64,000 nt of DNA from an uncultured Acidobacteriota bacterium (GTDB lineage Bacteria; Acidobacteriota; Terriglobia; UBA7540): the NCBI GenBank assembly GCA_963804995.1, contig CAWDSK010000006.1, positions 704,001 to 768,000 on the forward strand. Direction: 5' to 3'. The notes below the pieces were generated by a model, which made no database searches, was not told the origin of the DNA, and was given only the letters and a program-made list of their open reading frames with translations. Of this stretch, positions 59,750 through 64,000 are shown piece by piece (the stretch's first letter is position 1; each line of letters begins with the position of its first letter). A program made the translations under genes and the position numbers.

Positions 59750-60621
59750 TGTGGTTCGTCAAAACTCTGGCCGACTGCAAAATCAATAACATAGCTGCCG
59801 CCCTCCCGCCACGGTTCTGCTATAACTCCTGGCCATGTTTCGATTCATTGTCCTGTCCCTCGGAACGCTGGCTCGCCTCTTGCGGGCGCGTCGGAGCCTC
59901 CTCCTCGAGAATCTCGCGCTACGCCAACAACTCGCCGTGCTGAAGCCTCGGCATCCGAGGCCCAGAATAGGCCCGCTCGACAAGCTCTTCTGGGTCGCCG
60001 TCCGTTGGTTCTGGTCAGGATGGAAACAATCGCTGATCGTGGTTACACCTGAGACTGTAGTCCGGTGGCACCGAGCCGGTTTCCGCTTGTACTGGCGGGT
60101 GATCTCCAGGGTCAGGACGCAGATGGGGAGAAGACAGACGTCGCAGGAAGTTCGGGAATTGATCTTCCGGATGGTTGCTGAGAATCCGACTTGGGGAGCA
60201 CCGCGGATACATGGCGAACTCCTCATGCTCGGTTTTGATCTCTCCGAGAGAACGATCTCACGCTGGATGAAACGAGCTCCGAGGGATCCCGAACCAGTCA
60301 AGCGTTGGCTTGCCTTTCTTCGAAATCACAGGGAAGCCATCGTTGCGATGGATTTCTTCGCGGCCCCGACGATCACCTTCGGCATACTCTATGGCTTTTT
60401 CGTAATCAGCCATGACCGCCGGCGGATCCTGCACTTCAACGTCACGAAGCACCCGACGAGCAATTGGATCATCCAGCAGCTACGGGAAGCATTTCCCTTC
60501 GAGTCGGCGTCCAGATTTCTAATCTTCGACCGGGATGCGAAATACGGGTTGGAGGTCCCCGTGGCCGTTCGATCCCTGAAGATGAGCCCGGTGCGGACCT
60601 CCTTCGAGAGTCCCTGGCAAA
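59750..60621 (+). mobile_element. Truncated IS with rve integrase-core transposase (IS3/IS481-like)
   Basis: Candidate left end TGTGGTTCGTCAAAACTC at 59750; the transposase is cut off by the serine recombinase module; right end absent. Confidence 0.6.
59835..60619 (+). pseudogene. rve-family DDE transposase/integrase truncated at SPWQ
   Basis: ENLALRQQL, VTPETVVRWHR, ENPTWGAPRIHGEL, AMDFF, IFDRDAKY, SPWQ then unrelated sequence; the N-x3-ER segment with the third catalytic residue is missing. Confidence 0.82.
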
Positions 60622-60625
60622 AGGC

Positions 60626-62720
60626 TTATGCTTCATACTGCACCTCATTGGTATGATTCGAGGGGTCCTCGAAGAATCGCTGCCTGGCAGCGAGCTTCGT
60701 CCCTTGCATCTTGCGCGGCGGATCATCGCCGGGGTGTTCATATAAACACTCGTTTTTCTCGTTGTAGGCTTGAGCTCTTAACAGACCATGGTCCCGCCAG
60801 ACTTTCACCCACCCGGTGGAGATGCCGAGCAGCTTAGCCATCTCTTGCAGGGTCAACAGGCCGGCTCCGCGTAGGCGAGTGTAACCGCTCTTCAAGGCAT
60901 AGTTACGCCGTATGCGCGCGACGATGTGAGGGCTGAAGGGCCTGCCTTCGCCCGAGAGCCAGCCGCGTTCATTCAGCAGGCTAGCGATCTGCCGATCGGT
61001 ACGTTGATCCAGGAGCCGGTCGATCTCCGCCACCACCTCCGGCTTGGTGGTGCGCTGTTTCCAGGCATTGAGGGGGATGGGCAAATGCAGGGTCTTTGTA
61101 GCTCCCCCCTTGAAGCGGATCTGAAGCGTGATCTCATGGTTGCGGGTCAACGTAACGTCTTCCAATAGAAGGCGGACCATACGCTTCCGTTCTCGATGTG
61201 GCGTTTTCGCATCGCGCCACAGCCGAGGGAAGTCTGTGGCCAGGGCAAAAATCTGAGCGCGTTCCTCTTCCCGACACAACCCACGGTCGACCTGACGTTG
61301 ACGTTGATACTCTTGCTGAGCCTCTCCCAGAGCACGCAGCTTGTGGTTCCAGTCGGCCTCGAGCGAATCCGCCACGAGCCGGTTGTCGGGATCGCAACGC
61401 AAGTAGCGCCGCTCGGCCAGCTCCGCCTCATACCGGGCGCGCTCGACTTGGGTTTGGCGCAACCGATCCGCTTCTTCCCAACGAGACTGAAGTTCTTGCT
61501 GCACGCTCAGCGCCACCTCCAGGGCTAACGGAGTGACCACTTCGATCAGCAGTTCCCCGATGGCCTGGTCGATACCCGCTCCAGGAACCGTCTGGCAGAT
61601 GGTTTGAGCGTGTTCGATACCGTACCGCTGACACACATAATGGGGGGCCAGGCGTGACCGGTGAACATGATAACGCACGGTCATCCGATTCCCACAGCGG
61701 CCACAGATCACTAATCCCTGCAGAAGCGCTGGACCTTCCCGCGGAGGGCTTTGACGACGGTCGGGACCCCAAGCTTGCGCGGATTCCCGTAACCGCCGCT
61801 GATTGCTCTCATATTCTTCCCAGGAGAGGTAACCCGCATGGGCCCCAGGAAGGCAAGTGTCCCACTCCTCGCGAGGCAACCACTTCACCGTCACGCCACC
61901 CTCCAGCTTCTTGCGCGTCTGACTCCGGCCAAAGACGTAGGCCCCGGCATACCGAGGATTGTGCAAAACGCGCAGGACATGGCTGTGAACAAGTTCCACC
62001 CATACCAACTCTCCTTGGTGGGGCCCCGCCCGCAGGCGGCGGGGAAACAGCAGCCCCTGCTGGCGAAAGGCCTTCACCGTGGCCAGGGCGGATCCCGTAC
62101 GACGGAAGGTTTCAAACAAGAGTCGAAGGCCCTGTTGCACCTGCTGGTCCGGATCGAGAACGAGTTGCCCCGAGCCGTTATAGACCAAGCCGACCGGAGG
62201 TGGGATCTCCAACTCACCGCGCCGAGCTTTGCTGAGGATTCCGCCTCGCAACCGGGCTCGCAGCACGTGCAGTTCCGCCTCGCTCATCGTGCCTTTCAGC
62301 CCCAACAGCAGGCGGTCATTAAAGTGCGCCGGGTCGTAGATGCCATCTTCATCCAAAATGAGCGTGTCGGTGAGCGCGCAGATCTCCAGCAGTCGATGCC
62401 AGTCCGTGGAGTTGCGCGCCAGGCGCGACACCTTGAGAACCCAGAACGATCCCTGCTCGCCCCATCCCCACTTCACTCACCAACCTTTGAAATCCCTCTC
62501 GGTCTACCGCCGAAGCTCCCGACTGGCCTTGATCGTTGTCGATCACGATGATCCGTTCCAAAGGCCAGCCCAGGGCCACGGCCTGTTGGCGTAACGCGTA
62601 CTGGCGCTGGGTGCTCTCGGTATTCTCAAAGACCTGCCGAAGCGTGGACTGCCGGATATACAGGTAGGCGTCGCGTTTCAAATGGTGGGCTTGAACCTTC
62701 TGCGGCATTTCGGTTCTCAT
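60626..62720 (-). CDS. Large serine recombinase, apparent +1 frameshift near 62438
   Basis: YIRQST catalytic Ser, DQGQSG, REGFQRL, GIVLG then LKVSRLARN in the next frame; LLGLKGTMSEAELH, NPRYAG, Zn ribbon CGRCG, C-terminal HTH. Confidence 0.88.
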
Positions 62721-63022
62721 CCTCTCACCTCCGGCCGACTGTGAAGTACCATGCTCGCCAGAATCGTAACCACTTCCGTGTGCAGATCGAGAGGAACCCT
62801 CTCCTCAGGGCCGGACGGATTCTGGGGTTTCATCGGAATCCCACCCGGCAGGCAGTGGGACCAGGCTTCCATCCAGCCTTTCATCCCCTGGCGAATAAAC
62901 AGCGCCAGGCCCAAGGCTCCGCGCCTGCCGCCTAACTCACCCCGCACTTGTCGCCGGAGTTCCTCATATTGGTTTACGATCCCCTCCTGGGCCATCAGGG
63001 GAGCAACGGGAGGGTCGCTCAA
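62717..63022 (-). CDS. Small hypothetical protein of the serine recombinase module
   Basis: TTG overlaps the upstream TGA and its stop overlaps the recombinase ATG; QYEELRRQV...GLALFIRQGMKGWMEAW...ILASMV. Confidence 0.65.
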   Translation of the reverse strand: MSDPPVAPLMAQEGIVNQYEELRRQVRGELGGRRGALGLALFIRQGMKGWMEAWSHCLPGGIPMKPQNPSGPEERVPLDLHTEVVTILASMVLHSRPEVRG

Positions 63023-63486
63023 CGTCGTTTTTTTTGCTGCTGCCGAAGCCGGCGCTCCAAGCTGCGAGGATGGACCCGTAGACGGAAGGCTTTCTTCACC
63101 CGGGCCGCCAGTTCCTCGCTCCGCAAGGAGGGTTCGGCAGCTCGGGCCTGCCGGACGAACTCCATTACCTCGGCCGTGAGCTTGTGGGCGTGCCGAGGTC
63201 CCCGTTTCTGGGGAATCAATCCTGCGAGTCCCCTGGCTACGAAGCCCGCCTGGGCGAGGTAGAAGGAGGGTCTGGAGAAACCAAAAGCCTCCGCCGCTTG
63301 GCTCACCGCTTGGTTTTCGACCCTCACTTGGCGCAGCATCTCGTACTTGACCTGCAGCAAGTCCCGGGGATCGAAGAAGTCGCTGTCCTGGAACAGGGCG
63401 TGGGCCACCTCCTGCGGGCGGGGATTCAAGGTACCTTGGGAGCGCAGGATATGGCGCTTGGCATCGTGGCGTGAGGAAGGGGACAT
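63019..63486 (-). CDS. Helix-turn-helix domain protein of the serine recombinase module
   Basis: GTLNPRP..V...F..SDFFDPRDLLQVKYEMLR, AAEAFGFSRPSFY, GLIPQKRGPRHAHKL, VHPRSLER. Confidence 0.8.
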   Translation of the reverse strand: MSPSSRHDAKRHILRSQGTLNPRPQEVAHALFQDSDFFDPRDLLQVKYEMLRQVRVENQAVSQAAEAFGFSRPSFYLAQAGFVARGLAGLIPQKRGPRHAHKLTAEVMEFVRQARAAEPSLRSEELAARVKKAFRLRVHPRSLERRLRQQQKKRR

Positions 63487-63706
63487 GGGCTCCTCCGGAG
63501 CAAATCCGGCAAACGAGTGTAATGTTAATTATATACATTCTCTTGCTCCCTGTCAAGCCTTTTCTATCCTCCGACCCGAATTTGTGTTGCACAATAAGCG
63601 GATATTGCACTCACACACCCACCGAAAACTCTGGACTTCGGCTCAAGCTCCGACATAATCCCTTTAACACAAACGGCGTAATTCCCTTTACAGACCTTCC
63701 GGGGCT

Positions 63707-63991
63707 TCAGGACCGTAAACCCTCCACCAAACGCACCAATTCAATCAGGTCCTCAACGCGAAAATACGAGCGGCCTCCCCCTATGACCACGAATGGGTCC
63801 TCCCCCACGACACTCGTCCACCGCGCCGGTAGCGAGGTCAACTGGCCTCCTTCGTCGTAGAAATACACTCGGTCCTCCCCCCAGTTCTGGCGGTAGTCCA
63901 CCCATTCGAATTCACGTTGGAACAGTGGATGGTAAGGGTGAGTTACTCGGAAACGTCGTTTTGAATAGTCTCTATGGTGTGTAGTTGACAA
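63707..63991 (-). CDS. DUF5372-like small protein (start uncertain)
   Basis: VTHPYHPL..REF....RQNWGEDRVYF...SLPARWT....DPFV...GGRSYFRVEDL. Confidence 0.7.
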   Translation of the reverse strand: MSTTHHRDYSKRRFRVTHPYHPLFQREFEWVDYRQNWGEDRVYFYDEGGQLTSLPARWTSVVGEDPFVVIGGGRSYFRVEDLIELVRLVEGLRS

Positions 63992-64000
63992 CCTGATCCA

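Larger units (their letters stand above)
58450..64000. mobile_element. Left part of a tRNA-Phe-integrated genomic island (continues beyond window)
   Basis: Tyrosine integrase ends 57 nt after the tRNA 3' end and only mobile-element genes follow; the second att copy is not in the window. Confidence 0.75.

Noticed and set aside
59783..60301. 172-aa minus-strand ORF
   Set aside because: Antisense shadow of the rve transposase.
63023..63610. Upstream part of the 297-aa ORF 62717-63610 as a real protein
   Set aside because: It overlaps the better-supported HTH gene in another frame; only the last 101 codons look genuine.

Overview
GC-rich bacterial chromosomal window, most likely Acidobacteriota (inferred from the Oar-type TonB-dependent receptor, the Zn-ribbon Ser/Thr kinase-TPR protein and the PilZ-like protein). 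From left to right: tex (cut by the window edge); a Tat-exported ceramidase-like protein; a minus-strand TonB receptor / signal-peptide M55 D-aminopeptidase / tricorn protease cluster hit by an IS5, a MITE and an IS1634; a REP-associated tyrosine transposase (RAYT) flanked by inverted REP palindromes, one of which is split by a complete group II intron whose EBS1 pairs with the REP arm; rhaT and cydAB; a sugar-acid cluster (uxaA-like, fucP, epimerase, MFS, DUF5107-TPR); patatin; an AT-rich IHF-like repeat array; FecR-like protein; MFS; kinase; glgA-purA-moeA-moaC-response regulator-mogA; rsmA; TPR protein; di-heme cytochrome c; rnj (apparent ATT start), a four-helix-bundle gene between inverted heptamer arrays, uppP (in-frame heptamer insertion), ftsK; and tRNA-Phe followed by an island (tyrosine integrase, truncated rve-type IS, four-gene large serine recombinase module). 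Intergenic DNA is full of nested REP/MITE repeats, several sitting exactly on stop codons. At least five genes carry single-base frameshifts that look like assembly indel errors. All product calls are from motif recognition, not database searches.
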